Assembly: GCA_964016885.1 (NCBI GenBank)
Contig: OZ024741.1
Span: forward strand, 310,248,001-310,312,000
Source of the DNA: Eledone cirrhosa
Taxonomy: Eukaryota
Reading direction: 5' to 3'
Length of the DNA: 64,000 nucleotides
This document shows, one piece after another, positions 1 to 14,989 of this stretch (position 1 is its first letter; the number at the start of each line of letters is the position of its first letter). Below the pieces are notes generated by a model, which was not told where the DNA came from, ran no database searches, and worked only from the letters and a program-made list of their open reading frames with translations. A program made the translations under genes and the position numbers.

Positions 1-280
1 GCCTACTTATATGAAATGATGAGTTATATATAGTTTTGCGAGGTTTTTTATATGAAATCGTGTGTCGAAACAAATATTGTTATACTTGGGGAGGGTCATA
101 TTTGTGTAATATTGCCAGAATTAATAACAGAACACACTCACTGTTTGGTTGGTTTTCGCTTTTCGCTTCTGTGTCTTTTATATCGGTAATCTAATTTATT
201 CGGTCCTCAATGTTGCCATTGACTGACCGGCGGTCAAAAATAATACAGATACAATATAGACACAAACACATATATATGGT

Positions 281-326
281 TTATCAGAGTTCTTTCGTTG
301 CACATCTGCAACATCGTCAGTGGTGC
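281..326 (-). ncRNA. Type I hammerhead ribozyme (weak stem I) in PLE 3' region
   Basis: Minus strand: gcacca CTGACGA t gttgc-agatgt-gcaac GAAA g-aa-c TC tgataa. Same sense as the PLE ORF; stem I only partly paired. Confidence 0.6.
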
Positions 327-566
327 TATTGTTTCCTCCCGTTGCATTGTATGTCTACGCCATTTTTATTTAGTCCGTCTATATATTTATTTATTTATTT
401 GTTTGTTCATTTTATTTTGTCTTCTTTGCGCATGCGTTTGCGTGTGTGTATAGTGTTTTGTTTGATGTGTGTTCGTGATTGGGTGACTAGTGTGTGTTTA
501 TATGTGTTTGTTGTTATTGTGCTTGTGTATGTATTTATTTATTTATTTATCTATTTATTTACTTAT

Positions 567-1934
567 TTATACTTCTCTTAGGTCAGTGTTGTTTGTTTGG
601 GTGTTGTTGTTATTCCATTCATTCTTTCTGTTTAGTCTTGGCCTTCTAAGTTCTATTTCACTGGCCTCTCTGATTTGCCTATCTGCTGGGTCATTTCTAT
701 GTTTAGATATTATTCTAATTTCTATGTTGTCTATGTTACCGTCGTGTTGTTGTCTGGCATGTTCGTATAGTACTGACCCGTTTTTTCGTCCTTTTAGTTC
801 CGCCCAGTGTTGGTCTATCCTTTCACCTATGCTACGAGCTGTCTCGCCTATGTATGTTGTTGTCATGTTTCTGCAAGTACCCTCTGTACATCTTATGCTA
901 TAGACTACGTTTCTAGTTTTACAGTTTATCCGGGGGTTTACCTTACATATGATACATTTCCTATTAGTACAGTGGGTTTTCTTAACAGGGTAGGTTTTGC
1001 TGATCAGGGATTTTATGGTGGTTCCTGGCTTTTCTACCACCTTAATCTTTAAGTGGGTCTTTCTCAGGGCCTTTCTACACTGGTTAGCTAATTTCCCTCC
1101 AGGGGTAGCGTCCACAAACATGACACTCTGGTATCTCTGGTTGTCGTACCATGAGGTGGCTTTCCCTATCTTATGTGTAGCTCTATCTAAGCTATTCCAT
1201 GATTTGCTCCTGTATAACGGGCAAATTCCTTTCATGTCCAGTTCTATGAGGGTCTTATACTTCTCCATGGCTCCTTCGTATACTCTGACTCTCTCGGTTT
1301 GGTTGTAGCCAGAGAACTGCATACGGTTGATGAAGTGTTGGATGTGTCTTTCCATTTCTGTTGGGTCGCACATGCGGGACACATTCTTCATCACTCGTAC
1401 CAAATCTGCGATCAGAATATTAAACTTAGCACTACTGGACATTGCTGAGTTTTTGAGTATCAGGTATTTGGAGGCCATGGGTTTAGCATAGTGTGAGTGG
1501 AGAATTTGGTCTCTCTCGTCTATAGTGTTAATCCAGAGTTCCGTGTCTAATACAGGTAGTCTATTGTTAGGGTGTTTGGAAGGGAAGTCGATAGTTACAG
1601 TTATAGTCTGGTGTATGGAATTAGCTATCTGCTGGATGCTTTCCATTGTGCTACGTTCTAAATCAAACTTGTTAGTGCTCTCTAGTGGGGATGTTCTTAT
1701 AACTATATTGATATCGTCTACGTAACGAGAGTACATGATGAGGTCTATGGAGCTCTCATTAAGGAGATCTTTAAGTCTCCTTTCCCACCATACCAAGAAA
1801 AGGTTGGCAACATCACCAGCTATGCTGACGCCAATGGCTGCTCCCTCATTTTGGGTGTAGATCTTCTCGTTGAATTTGAATATGTGGCCCTTTAGGGTAG
1901 TTTTGATACTAGCCCCTATTGCATGTGCGACCAT
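567..1934 (-). mobile_element. Penelope-like element, 5'-truncated ORF (RT C-terminal half, thumb, Cys linker, GIY-YIG endonuclease)
   Basis: ORF has RT motifs QNEGAAIG and YSRYVDD, LPVLDTELW, a Cys linker (CTNRKCIIC..NC) and GIY-YIG NVVYSIRC...TYIGETARSIGERIDQH...RQIREA...LNRKNE. Confidence 0.92.
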
Positions 1935-1988
1935 TTTTCTTACCTGATCATTGTTTTGGGGGGTCCGTATAGCTTTGGTCCACCCAAA

Positions 1989-2260
1989 GGGAATTCATTA
2001 AAAGCTAATTCTTTAAAGCTATAAAATATTTAGAGTAACAAAGGCAGAAAGAATTCTATAAACAAGTTCAGAATGGGGTGCCACTCCTTATTTTTAAGTT
2101 TCTCTTAAGCTAACAATGCCTAGATTTCAGGTATGTATAAGATCGTTGGGGGTCAGTCATGGTTGATGGATTTAAAGAAAAGGGAAATTCTTTAAAAGCT
2201 AATTCTTTAAGGTTCTACTTAGTAACAAAGGCCTAGAGAATTCTATAGACCAGTTCAAAA
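1989..2260. repeat. Two diverged tandem copies of a pLTR-like segment; first copy is an exact inverted match to 6534-6590
   Basis: gggaattcattaaaagctaattctttaaagctataaaatatttagagtaacaaaggc (1989-2045) is the reverse complement of 6534-6590; a second diverged copy lies at ~2182-2260. Confidence 0.75.
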
Positions 2261-2329
2261 TATTGAGTGCATATCATACCATTATCTTCAAATTTCTCTT
2301 AAACTATATTCCAAAAGTCAACAGACACA

Positions 2330-4000
<1,671 letters not shown>

Positions 4001-4183
4001 GCATACACACAGGCACATAAAAACAGCTCTACAGGCAGAAAATGCAGATAGGTAAGAGGTACTCACATAACCATAGTGGCTGTATTTCAGGTGGAGGAGG
4101 GGTGGGGGTGGGGTGGGAAGGAGGTAGAGGGTGCTAAAAGGAGGAACTCGTTTTTAGCCATCGGGCTTTAACACTGGCTTAAG

Positions 4184-6454
4184 CTATTTGAAAGTTGCAA
4201 AGTTCTTGTGCATGCATTTCGGGCAGTGTTCAGAGAGTTTGTTCAGTAGCGGGTCCTTGGCGAATAAAATTTCATAGCTCTCTGAGATACAAAGGTCGCA
4301 GCCCTTGTGTCCTCCGTTGTAAGAGCGCGCTTTCTGGAGTATTTTCCATTTAAGCGTGAAGGGGGTGGAGTTCCTTTTGAGGTCCCAAACATAGGAGGCG
4401 CGTGTTGTCTGGTTTGATTTGTCCGGTCTTCTGAGGGAGTGGGTATGGGCATACCAACGGGTCTTAAAGTTATTGGAAGTCATGCCGATGTAAGTCTTTT
4501 TGTTGTTGCAATCATCGGTGTCTGAGATGACATCGCATTTGTATACGATATCATTTGTCAGGCATTTGTTTTCAAGTGGGCAGGCTTCCTTATTTAGGCA
4601 ATTACACAAGGCCCCAGACCGGGGATTGGGTTCGGAGGTGGTTGGCTTATTTAATTTTTTAGAATTGTGGTTGGCTATATTCCTAGCTAGGTTAGGTGTG
4701 GTGGAGTAGGAGAGTCTTATTGTGTTCTTATTAAAGATGGTGTAGTACCTATGTTGCATGGTGAAGTTTGTTTTCAGCAAAGTGAAGAAAATCCTAGCTA
4801 TCGGTGTAGAGACCTCTCTATTGAAGGGAGGGTTGTACCAGCTAATCTGCCTATGCCTATTCCGCCTCTGCAATCTTGCGGTGGTTTCTAGGTAGGTTAT
4901 CTTTTCTTTAAATCCGCTGCGGGCGAGGGCCTCATTGTAGTAGGAGGCAGAGGCGTTAAAAATATCTTCGTTGGCAGAGAGGCCAGAGATTCTAATAGAG
5001 ACACTTTTTACTAAGTTATCAGTGATGTTTTGGGGGTGGTTAGAATTAACATTAATATATCTAAGGGACTCGTTTGGTTTGTGGTACGGGTAATAGAGGG
5101 AAGTATCTAGGTCGAGAGTGACATCTAAGAAGTTGGCCCTAGTCATATTAGATTCTATAGTTATACTAAATCCTAGATTAGAGAAGAACGAGCTTAAGTT
5201 TCTCCGAAACCCATCGGTGGTTCTGGGGTTAACCTTGTGCAGAGCGAAGAGGCCATCGTCTCGGTATAAACCTCCGGTTAGGCCGGTAAAGAGGTTCTTC
5301 AGGTGATGTAAGATTTACAAGCCCACAAGGTCACTAATTTCAGCCGAGTCACTCGCTCCCATGCTGACGTCAAATATCCTGACGTCAAATATCCTAGTTC
5401 CAAGAATTACCCGACAAACACCACACTCGCTTCCTGCAACTCGACATAGAAAATGACTATGCTTCTATCTCGGAGCCCCCCTGAAGGACGCAATTACCTT
5501 TGCCAGGAATTTTACCACCATTACCGATGCTGAGCAAGTTGTTATCCTCCACACCCGTCTGAGACTTCTTGTTGATCCAGTAAGATCCATCGTGGTATAG
5601 AAAGGTCTTACGGGCGTGGAGGATAACAACTTGCTCAGCATAGGTAATGGTGGTAAAATTCCTGGCAAAGGTAATTGCGTCCTTCAGGAGGGGCTCCGAG
5701 ATAGAAGCATAGTCGTTTTCTATGTCGAGTTGCAGGAAGCGAGTGTGGTGTTTGTCGGGATATTGCCTCAGATGTTCTGCTCCAGAGTGGGAGTGGTGAG
5801 GCAGCCCGCAATGATGGTAGAACTCTATCTAGGATCTTCTTACTGATAGAGTCTGAACGAGTGGGGTTGATAAGTCTGACTGATGGTTTGTTGAGGAAGT
5901 TTCCCTTATGGTCCTTCAGGGTAAAGTGCGGGGTCTTTACCCTTAAAGGTTCGGTTCGGTCATGTAATTTAAGGGACTTGGCGATTTCTTTTCCGGCCGC
6001 GTTTGTCTCAGTCAATGCCATCTCTATTACCTTTTTGTAGGTGGTCGTGATGGCATTTTTTGCCAGCTTATTGTAGGTCTGTGGGTCTACCTCATAAACG
6101 TTTTTGGTTTTATCGGAGGAGACATGAAGATTAGGGGATTTTTTTATATTCCGCAATTCAGTATTTAAGTAGGCCTGGAATGGTGTGGTGGCTCTACGGA
6201 ATTTTATATCTTTTATCATCTTGAAGAGGTCTTCTTCAAATGGTTGAAGTAGGCTGTTGGTGGGTGGTGTCTTATTCGCTTTGAAGCCGAACTTCTCATC
6301 ATTGGTAGATGCTACATCAGGGTTGTTGAGGAAGAAGGCTCTCCATCTAATGAAAGAACTCGTCGGTACGTCTGATGAGTGTTTTTAGGTATAGTTTCCT
6401 TGGAGGGATTGGGATGTTCTTCATGGAGACATCAAGGTCGAGTTTGGTCAGCAT
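4184..6454 (-). mobile_element. Penelope-like element, frameshifted RT plus GIY-YIG
   Basis: N-terminal KNIPIP..RWRAFF, SDKTKNVY, TLKDHK..VRLINP, MGASDSA, GGLYRDDG, NFLDVTLDL, WYNPPF, CNCLNKEACPL, DIVYKC..TYIGMT..FKTRWYAH. Confidence 0.93.
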
Positions 6455-6685
6455 AGTTTCTTGATGATGGTTATAAGGGGCACAGAGAGTGCTAAAAGGT
6501 ACGTTATTCCGGGTTGAATCGGAGGTTCTTTCGGCCTTTGTTACTCTAAATATTTTATAGCTTTAAAGAATTAGCTTTTAATGAATTCCCCTTTCTATCA
6601 ACCAATGACCTCTACCCATCCCACTCCCTACCCTCTCCTACCACCCGAAGAGACCTATAAATACCATATTTATTTTTTGATACCC

Positions 6686-6863
<178 letters not shown>

Positions 6864-7974
6864 AAATAAATAAGTCAAATATTTAAAATTTTGCTTCGTT
6901 TATTAAAGGTGTACTGCTATATATATTTCGGTACACATGTTGTTGAGGTGTTTAACTCCGTCAATACTCCGATATGCCCAGTTCCTGGTTGGGTTGTTAT
7001 TTCCCTGAGGAACTGGAATCATATGAATTCGAACAAACGAATTTCGGTGTCAAAGGACACTCTCTCCTCCCATTGGTCAGTTGTGAGAACATTCCTCAGT
7101 CTATAGAAATTTTTTCTGGGGCAAGGCAATCAGTTGTGGTGGTTTGTGTTAAGTACAGCTGACTTCCTCCCTTGTATTGGTAGTGGTGTTAGTGTTGGGG
7201 TCAGCTTTAGTTCGGCTGCTGCTATTTTTAGAAGAATTTGTGTGTGTGTGTTGGCATCAATCCTGTCACCATTTCTCGTGGTGGTGGTGGTGGTGGTGAG
7301 GGGGGGGGGGCGGTGTGCCAAACAGATGAAGAAATAAGATAAAGTAAAATGGAGAAATAAAAGAATATAAGGCAATAAAATGAAGAAAATAAAAATGAAG
7401 AAAAAAAAAAATAAAAGAATAAAAAAAAAATAAAAAAGTAAAAAAAATAAATAAATAAACAAAAAAAAAATAGTAAAAAGAATAAGATAATAAAAGAATA
7501 AAATAAAATAATAAAATAAAATGCATGTGTGTTATAACCAATCTCAAAGTTTGAAAGATTTGGAAGATATTGACCGAAGTAGAAAGCCTGTGTCAGAATC
7601 AAGAGGACTACAGTTCCTATTTCGGCATAGAACACATATGCGTGTATGTCAACTCACATCGTTCCAAGCACACACGCACAGGCACAGGCTCAGGTGCATC
7701 CCCTAGGCACCCCCACATTATCCCCACTCACCCCCACACATACCCCCACATGCACACGCACACACACCCATACACCCACACACACACATGTAAGTATCTG
7801 TGCATGTATAATCTTAAATAACAGTATCTATGTATGGACATATGCATAAGTATGTGTTGTCACAGGAGTCGATCGAGGCAGGGGTAGGGGTGGTGACTGT
7901 GCAGGGGGTGGTTTACCGTGGGCTCGGTGTGGTGGGGCTGCTGTCCTTATAGTTAGAGGGAAGTCCCCATCCCA

Positions 7975-8145
7975 ATGTGTTGTTATTGTCCATATAGCTT
8001 GAAGAAGGTCCCGGCTCTGAGGTGTCTGCATGTCCCGGAGGAGTCCCTATAGCTTGAGGGGAGTTACCATCCTAATGTGTTGTTACTGTCCATATAGCTT
8101 GAGGAAGGTCCCGGCCCTGAGGTGTCTACATGTCCCGAAGAAGTC
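7975..8145. repeat. ~100-bp tandem duplication in PLE 3' region
   Basis: aatgtgttgtta(t/c)tgtccatatagcttga..aaggtcccggc.ctgaggtgtct.catgtcccg occurs twice. Confidence 0.8.
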
Positions 8146-10935
8146 AGTCCTGAGGTTTATCAGGCTGCTTCCATCTCGAGGGTCTCGCTCAGACATAGTT
8201 TGCAGATGCCAGATCTCCCTTTATCAGGTGGTACTTTCCTGATTATGGACCAGGCCAGATATTACGGGGTCCTGTCCAGCTTGAGCTTCCAGATCAGTTC
8301 GGAAAGAGCCATACTTTTCCTTTTGTCCTCCCTGGTTATACCATCGGTCTTTAAAGCTCGTTGATGTGGATCCTATGTAAAGGTGTTCAGAGTTGGGGTT
8401 TTTTACTCTACATCCGTATATTAAGTTCTTCCTAAGGCATTCATTACTAAGGGGGTATAATTCGGGGTTTCTGCAGTTGCAGGAGGTGGTCGACCTCCGC
8501 GTGCCTAGTGTGGGGTTCCCGTTACGTGTTATATAGTGGTCTTCCCCCCGGCCCGGTGGGGGGTCCCTGGGTCTGTTTGGGTTTCCAGGGTGGGCACTGG
8601 GTCCACCCTTCTTTCCCTCCACATGGTTCTGCTGGCTGCTTATATTGCCAGCTTCTGGTTGTGTGTGGTTTTTAAGTCTACCCCTATTGATGATAGCTAT
8701 GTGCTGGGTCCCATTTCGCGTGGTAGAATACGAGAGCTTCACAGTGTGTCTGTTGAAGATCTTGTGGTATCTATGGTCCCTCAGGAAGCATTTATCTAGT
8801 ACTCTAAAGAATGAGCGGGCCAAGATGTTCTTTAGGGCCGCTGAGTAGGGTGGGTTGTACCATGTGATTTTTCTGCCTCTACTCCCATGTGAGTGGGTTG
8901 AGCTTGTCGTGGGCTGTTGGGGAGTTGTTGGGTTGCTAGTGGTTCCCGCATTGCTGCTTCCCCTTTGGGCGCTATGTGTTTTGCTACCTTCTCGGCCCGA
9001 ATCTGTGGGGTGGTTGTTGCCCGCGCTGGAGGCTCTACAATGGGATGGTCCTCCATCACTCCCTTTACGTGTCTTGCGGTTGGGGGCGTCGGGCCCGGGG
9101 TGGTTAGTATCTCCCCTGAGACCGCTACCCGTATTGGGTTTCCTCCCATGGTTATGCGTACGCGTCCCCCTCGCCCATGTGGTGGTGTCGGGCTCATGGT
9201 GTTTAGTTGTTTCCATTCTGCCTGTATTGTTAGGGTTCGCCCCCTCCCGGACACCATGGGTGGGGGTGTCCCGTGGGCCATCCCCATCATGGCGCCTCGG
9301 ATTATATGATATATTTTGGTCATGTGCCCCCTCATTTAGAGCTGCGTTGTAATATTCTGCGTTGCTATCGAAGATTTCCTTATTTGCGGACAGGCTGGAG
9401 ATCCTATCCGAGACACTCTTCACTACAGCCTTAATTATGGGTCTAGGGTGGTTTGACTTCGCTTTAACATATACAAGTTTCTCATTGGGCTTGTGGTAGG
9501 GGTAGTATTGCTCGGTGTTCAGATTTAGGGTGGTGTCTAGGAAGTTAACTACCTTTCTATTTGGGTCTAGTTCGATACTGAGCCCCTGGTTCTTAAAGAA
9601 ATTTCGAATACGCCTCCTCATTCTTTCCACCATAGTGGTGCTATGGTCATAGACTGTGAAGAGACCATCGTCACAATATAAACCGCCGCCCAGGCAAGGG
9701 ATTTCTTCTTTTATCTACTTCAGCAGGAAGAGCCCAACCAGGTCCGTTACCTGTGCGGAGTCGCTGGAGCCCATCGTGATGTCAAAGTTATTTGGCCAAT
9801 CACTCCTGGTCCAAAGGTCTCCACCGAAACGGATCAAGGTCTTTCGGGCGGCGTGGATGATGCCCACCTCCTCTCGGGTTAGGTCCGTATTGGACATCGC
9901 TAAAAAAAGGGCCCTATTGAGTACTATGGGCGAGATTGAAGAGTAGTAGCTTGCGATATCCAGTTGGATAAAGCTGATCCTACTTTTCCCAAGTAGTATC
10001 TTAAACCATTCTATTACCTCTCCCTTGCATGGCCATTGCTGTAATCTAGTTTTTTTTCCGAAGCTTGGGCAAAACCCTATCTAGTATGCTTTTACTGACG
10101 ATCCCTAGGTCTAATCTGGAGGGGGCTATTAGTCTAACAGGGAGGTCGGACTCAAAGTTTGGCTTGTGATCTTTAAGGGTAATCCGCGGCTCCCTTGGTT
10201 GGTATGGGGCCGTCCTGTCCTCTTTGCCGAGTCCGGATATAATCCTGTAAGCTGTGGCGTTGATCTCATCCAGGGTAAATCCAAGTGTTTTATGTATCAT
10301 TTCCTCAGTTCCCTGAGAATTATCTTATTATACAGTTCAATGTCCATGTTGTAGAGGTTGTTGGTTTTATCGGCATGGACAAGTATTCCAGTTGTCTCTT
10401 TAAGTATTGTAATCCCCTTTCCCAGGTGTCTGAGGTACTCCTGACTTCTGGGTGGGTTTCCGGAGAATTTGAGGTTGGAGATAATGTTAATCATCTCGTT
10501 TTCGAACTCCTCCATTAGCCTGTTGTGGGGAGGGTTCCTCCTTGATCTAAAAAGGTACTCCATGTTTTGGGTGTTGGTAATTTTAGGCGTTCCTCTTTCA
10601 AAGTGGAATGCCTTCCATCTCATCCTACAGTCAAGGGAGTACATACTCCTGATGAGATCACTGGTGTATTCCCGTTTGCCAGGTAGGGGGATATCCTTCA
10701 GTGACGCCAAGGTTGCCAGTTTTTCCATAGTGACTTAAGTCCGCTACTGTTTGAAGCGCTCAACACGTGGTGGAGCTAGATAAATTTTGAGTATATGTTG
10801 GTTGTTTACCAGCACCTCGGTATGCAGATTGGAGCACTCGACGAAGTGCGCAGGTTGGTTTGGTTACTCCGGAGTAATGTAAAATAAAATAAATAAGTCA
10901 AATATTTAAAATTTGGCTTCGTTTATTAAAGGTGT

Positions 10936-10990
10936 ACTACTATATATATTTCGGTGACAGCCATCTTTGGCTGTGACCTCTTCAGGCAGT
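10936..10990 (-). ncRNA. Minimal type I hammerhead ribozyme in PLE 5' pLTR
   Basis: actgc CTGAAGA ggtcacagcc-aaagat-ggctgtcacc GAAA tatata TA gtagt; palindromic stem/loop III. Confidence 0.88.
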
Positions 10991-11391
10991 CCGAATTGGT
11001 GTGGTAGAGACGAGTACACATGTTATTGAGGTGTTTAACTCCGTCAATACTCCGATATGCCAAGTTCCTGGTTGGGGTGTTATTTCTCTGAGGAACTGGA
11101 ACACCAACACCACTACCAACACAAGGGAGGAGGTCAGCTGTACTTAACAAAAACAACCACAACAGATTGCCTTGCCCCAGAAAAAATTTCTATAGACTTT
11201 TGACTGAGGAATGTTCTCACAACTGACCAATGGGAGGAGAGAGTGTCCTTTGACACCGAAATTCGTTTGTTCGAATTCATATGATTCCAGTTCCTCAGAG
11301 AAATAACAACCCAACCAGGAACTGGGCATATCGGAGTATTGACGGAGTTAAACACCTCAACAACATGTGTACCCGTCTCATGTGTACCCGG

Positions 11392-11446
11392 ACTGCCTGA
11401 AGAGGTCATAGCCAAAGATGGCTGTCACCGAAATATATATAGTAGT
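11392..11446 (+). ncRNA. Same hammerhead in the inverted pLTR copy
   Basis: actgc CTGAAGA ggtcatagcc-aaagat-ggctgtcacc GAAA tatata TA gtagt. Confidence 0.88.
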
Positions 11447-11576
11447 ACACCTTTAATAAATGAAGCCAAATTTTAAATATTTGACTTATTTATTTTATTT
11501 TACATTACTCCCGAGTAACCAAATCAATCTGCGCACTTCGTCGAGTGCTCCATACTTAGGGTAGTAGAGTGGGTAA

Positions 11577-11702
11577 TAGGAAAATGTATGACCCCGACGG
11601 CAGAGCTCAAGCCGTTTCGACGGCTATTTCTGGACTGAATTTAGTCCAGAAATAGCCGTCGAAACGGCTTGAGCTCTGCCGTCGGCGTCATATCTATTCC
11701 TA
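11577..11702. repeat. ~125-bp near-perfect palindrome derived from a hammerhead family
   Basis: Arms 11594-11639 and 11640-11685 are reverse complements (one mismatch); outer flanks pair imperfectly; homologous to the degenerate HHR at 44862-44990. Confidence 0.9.
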
Positions 11703-11831
11703 TATATATATATATATATATATGTGTGAATGAAGTAATTCCATCGGAAAAGTCCAGGAAAAAAGAGTGCTCTATGTAAGCAACAGAGCTTAATTATTAT
11801 TATTATGTAATAAACAACATAAGGCAATTAT

Positions 11832-11889
11832 TCCATTTACCAGTGGTTTCTTAAAAGCAAAAGGTTTTGCTTTCAATCCTCAGAATGAA
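11832..11889 (-). ncRNA. Type I hammerhead ribozyme in PLE 3' pLTR
   Basis: ttcatt CTGAGGA ttgaaagcaaaa-cc-ttttgcttttaa GAAA ccactgg TA aatgga. Confidence 0.87.
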
Positions 11890-12248
11890 AAATCCTGGTT
11901 TGTTTATTGAATATGGATTCTAAAAACAAAAATGCAATCTATATGAAAGTGAGGCTGGAAAAGGGAGAAGGAAAGGAAAAATAAAATAAAATAAAACTAC
12001 ACATGCAAACACACACAAAAAAAAACAACACAAAAGCATACTTACACACACACACATATATACACATATAATTTGCACGCATACACATATACACATACAC
12101 ACATATATAATATATATATATATATATATATACATATACATACATATATATACATATGTATATATATATACATATATATATAAAGAGCGTACACCTACAC
12201 ACACATACACATATATACACACATATACACATACATATATTCATACAT

Positions 12249-12291
<43 letters not shown>

Positions 12292-12328
12292 CATACACAC
12301 ACACATATATATACACATGTACATATCC

Positions 12329-12372
<44 letters not shown>

Positions 12373-12858
12373 ATACATATATACATATATATATATACAT
12401 ATATATACATACATACATATACACACATATACACATATACATACACACACACACACATGTGTGTGTACAAGCCTACACATACACACACACATATATATAC
12501 ACACACATATACATACATTCACACAAACATACAACGTACATACATACACATACATGAATGCACTCCACTACATATTAACACACGCAAATAAATATAAGAA
12601 AAAAATATATAAATAATATTAACAAATATTTGACAGCGATACATGCCCCAGCTAACAGGACAGACACGCGTGGTAAGTAATACACACATAAGCACATATA
12701 CATACGTTCGAAATAGTAAACACATACACACACTCTCACACATAAATATACATATACAAATACATAAACACGTACATACACATACATACGCAAACACGTA
12801 CACGTATACAATATAAACACACACATATGTATATGTAATTATATACACACACACACGC

Positions 12859-12905
<47 letters not shown>

Positions 12906-13176
12906 CAAAAATATAAAAATATAAACGCACACACACATATAAATACGTAAACACACATATACATACATAGCTAAACAATTATACACATGCAAATACGTAT
13001 ATATCAAAAGAACGCACAACCAAATACAAACACACACACATATATACACACACACACACACACACAAACCCACACATGCATAAAAATAAATAAAAACACA
13101 CGCAACATATACATACATACACATACATATACACATATACATTTATACACATACATATATATATATATACACATAC

Positions 13177-13207
<31 letters not shown>

Positions 13208-13492
13208 CACACATACACGTACACATACACACATGCATACACATACACACACACATATACATGTGTGTATGTGTAAAGCTCAGTATTAGATAAGACAAAT
13301 GAACCTTACATAAACGTATATATAGTAGTAAAGTAATAAAGCCATACAAGGCAATTAATCCATTCACCAGAGGTTTCTTAAAAGCAAAAAAAGTTTCCTT
13401 CAATCTACAGAATGAAAAAAAGCCCTGGTTTATCCACATATACATACATATACACACACAAATATACAAATATATACACACATACAGACACG

Positions 13493-13550
<58 letters not shown>

Positions 13551-14524
13551 TATATATATTTATATATATATATATATATACAGACACATATACATACACA
13601 TATATACACACACATACATATACATACATACATACACATATATATACATACACAAACATATATGTACACATATACATATATACACACAAAAATACATACA
13701 CATACACATAGGTATGTGAAGGGCAAAACAAAAAGAATATATGGGGGGGGGGGCTAAGAGGAGGTAAAAATATAAGGGGAGGTAAGGGAGAACATTTTTT
13801 TTTAAATACAAGAGTACAGAAGGTAGAAGCAGCAAAATAAAAGCCGTAGCAAAAGTAAAGAGCAGAGAAGGAGTTCAAGGCGGTTGATTTATCGTAGGAG
13901 TGTCAATCCAGTTACAGATCAGATGCGATTTCAGATGAGGACAGCATCTGAAGATCTCAGTCTTAGAGTTAAGGCAAGCGGAAGTGTCTCTCAAGTTTAG
14001 CAAAATCCTATACTTTTCTGTGGTACACAAAGAACAATTCTTTGTGCCCCTTTGGTACTCCCTCGAATGGTCTAATATAGACCAATCAATAGAGTACGGG
14101 ATATTACTATCCTTGAGATCCCATACCTTACTTGCGAGGGCCGTTGATGTTCGTTTATCTGAGTGTTTAAAAGAAGCGACATGTGAGTAAAATCTGGTTT
14201 TAAACCTGTCCTGGGTCATACCGACATATCGCTCGCTTCTGGCTGGCTGGTTGTTGATAACTGGCGTTATTTTAGCCTCATAAACGACAGATTTTGTGTT
14301 ACATTTACCCTGCAATGGGCATTCATCCGGCTTCCTGCAACTGCATCCTGGATTTATCCTCGTACGGTTTGAACTGGTGATTTTGGATTTCATGGATGGA
14401 CAACAAGAGTAGCTGATCTTAACTACATTCCTATTAAAAATCTTATAATATCTATGAATAGGAGGAAAATGTTTGTCTAATAGTTCAAGGAATTTCCTTC
14501 CTACATTAGTTTTGACCAGGATTT

Positions 14525-14582
14525 TTCATTCTGAGGATTGAAAGCAAAACCTTTTGCTTTTAAGAAACCACTGGTAAATGGA
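14525..14582 (+). ncRNA. Type I hammerhead ribozyme (inverted pLTR copy)
   Basis: Exact reverse complement of 11832-11889; CUGAGGA core, GUA triplet. Confidence 0.87.
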
Positions 14583-14615
14583 ATAATTGCCTTATGTTGT
14601 TTATTACATAATAAT

Positions 14616-14694
<79 letters not shown>

Positions 14695-14867
14695 TAACTT
14701 AACAAAATATACAGGAAAACTACTTAGGGAGGAAAGTTCATATTTTTGTCCGTAGTTTCATTTCGTTCTCTGTTAGTGTTGACCAACAGTAGTGGTAGCA
14801 GTTTAAGCTGCTTCTCCTTCCTTACCATAGGCCTGCTAATACTACCACACCTATCCCTGTCCCTCCC

Positions 14868-14898
<31 letters not shown>

Positions 14899-14989
14899 CT
14901 TCTTCTTCTTCTTCTTCTTCTTCTTCTTCTTCTCCCCTCCACTACTACCACTACAGTCGAAGCCAACAACTTAAACTGCTACCACCACA

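Larger units (their letters stand above)
11790..14620 (-). mobile_element. 5'-truncated PLE (GIY-YIG ORF 14393->13875) with tandem microsatellite-filled pLTRs and an inverted pLTR at the truncation point
   Basis: CSCRKPDECPLQGKC, SVVYEAKI..RYVGMT..FKTRFYSH, CSLCTTEK..LNSKTE..CPH. HHR segment at 11795-11899, diverged at 13345-13430, inverted at 14516-14620. Confidence 0.9.
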
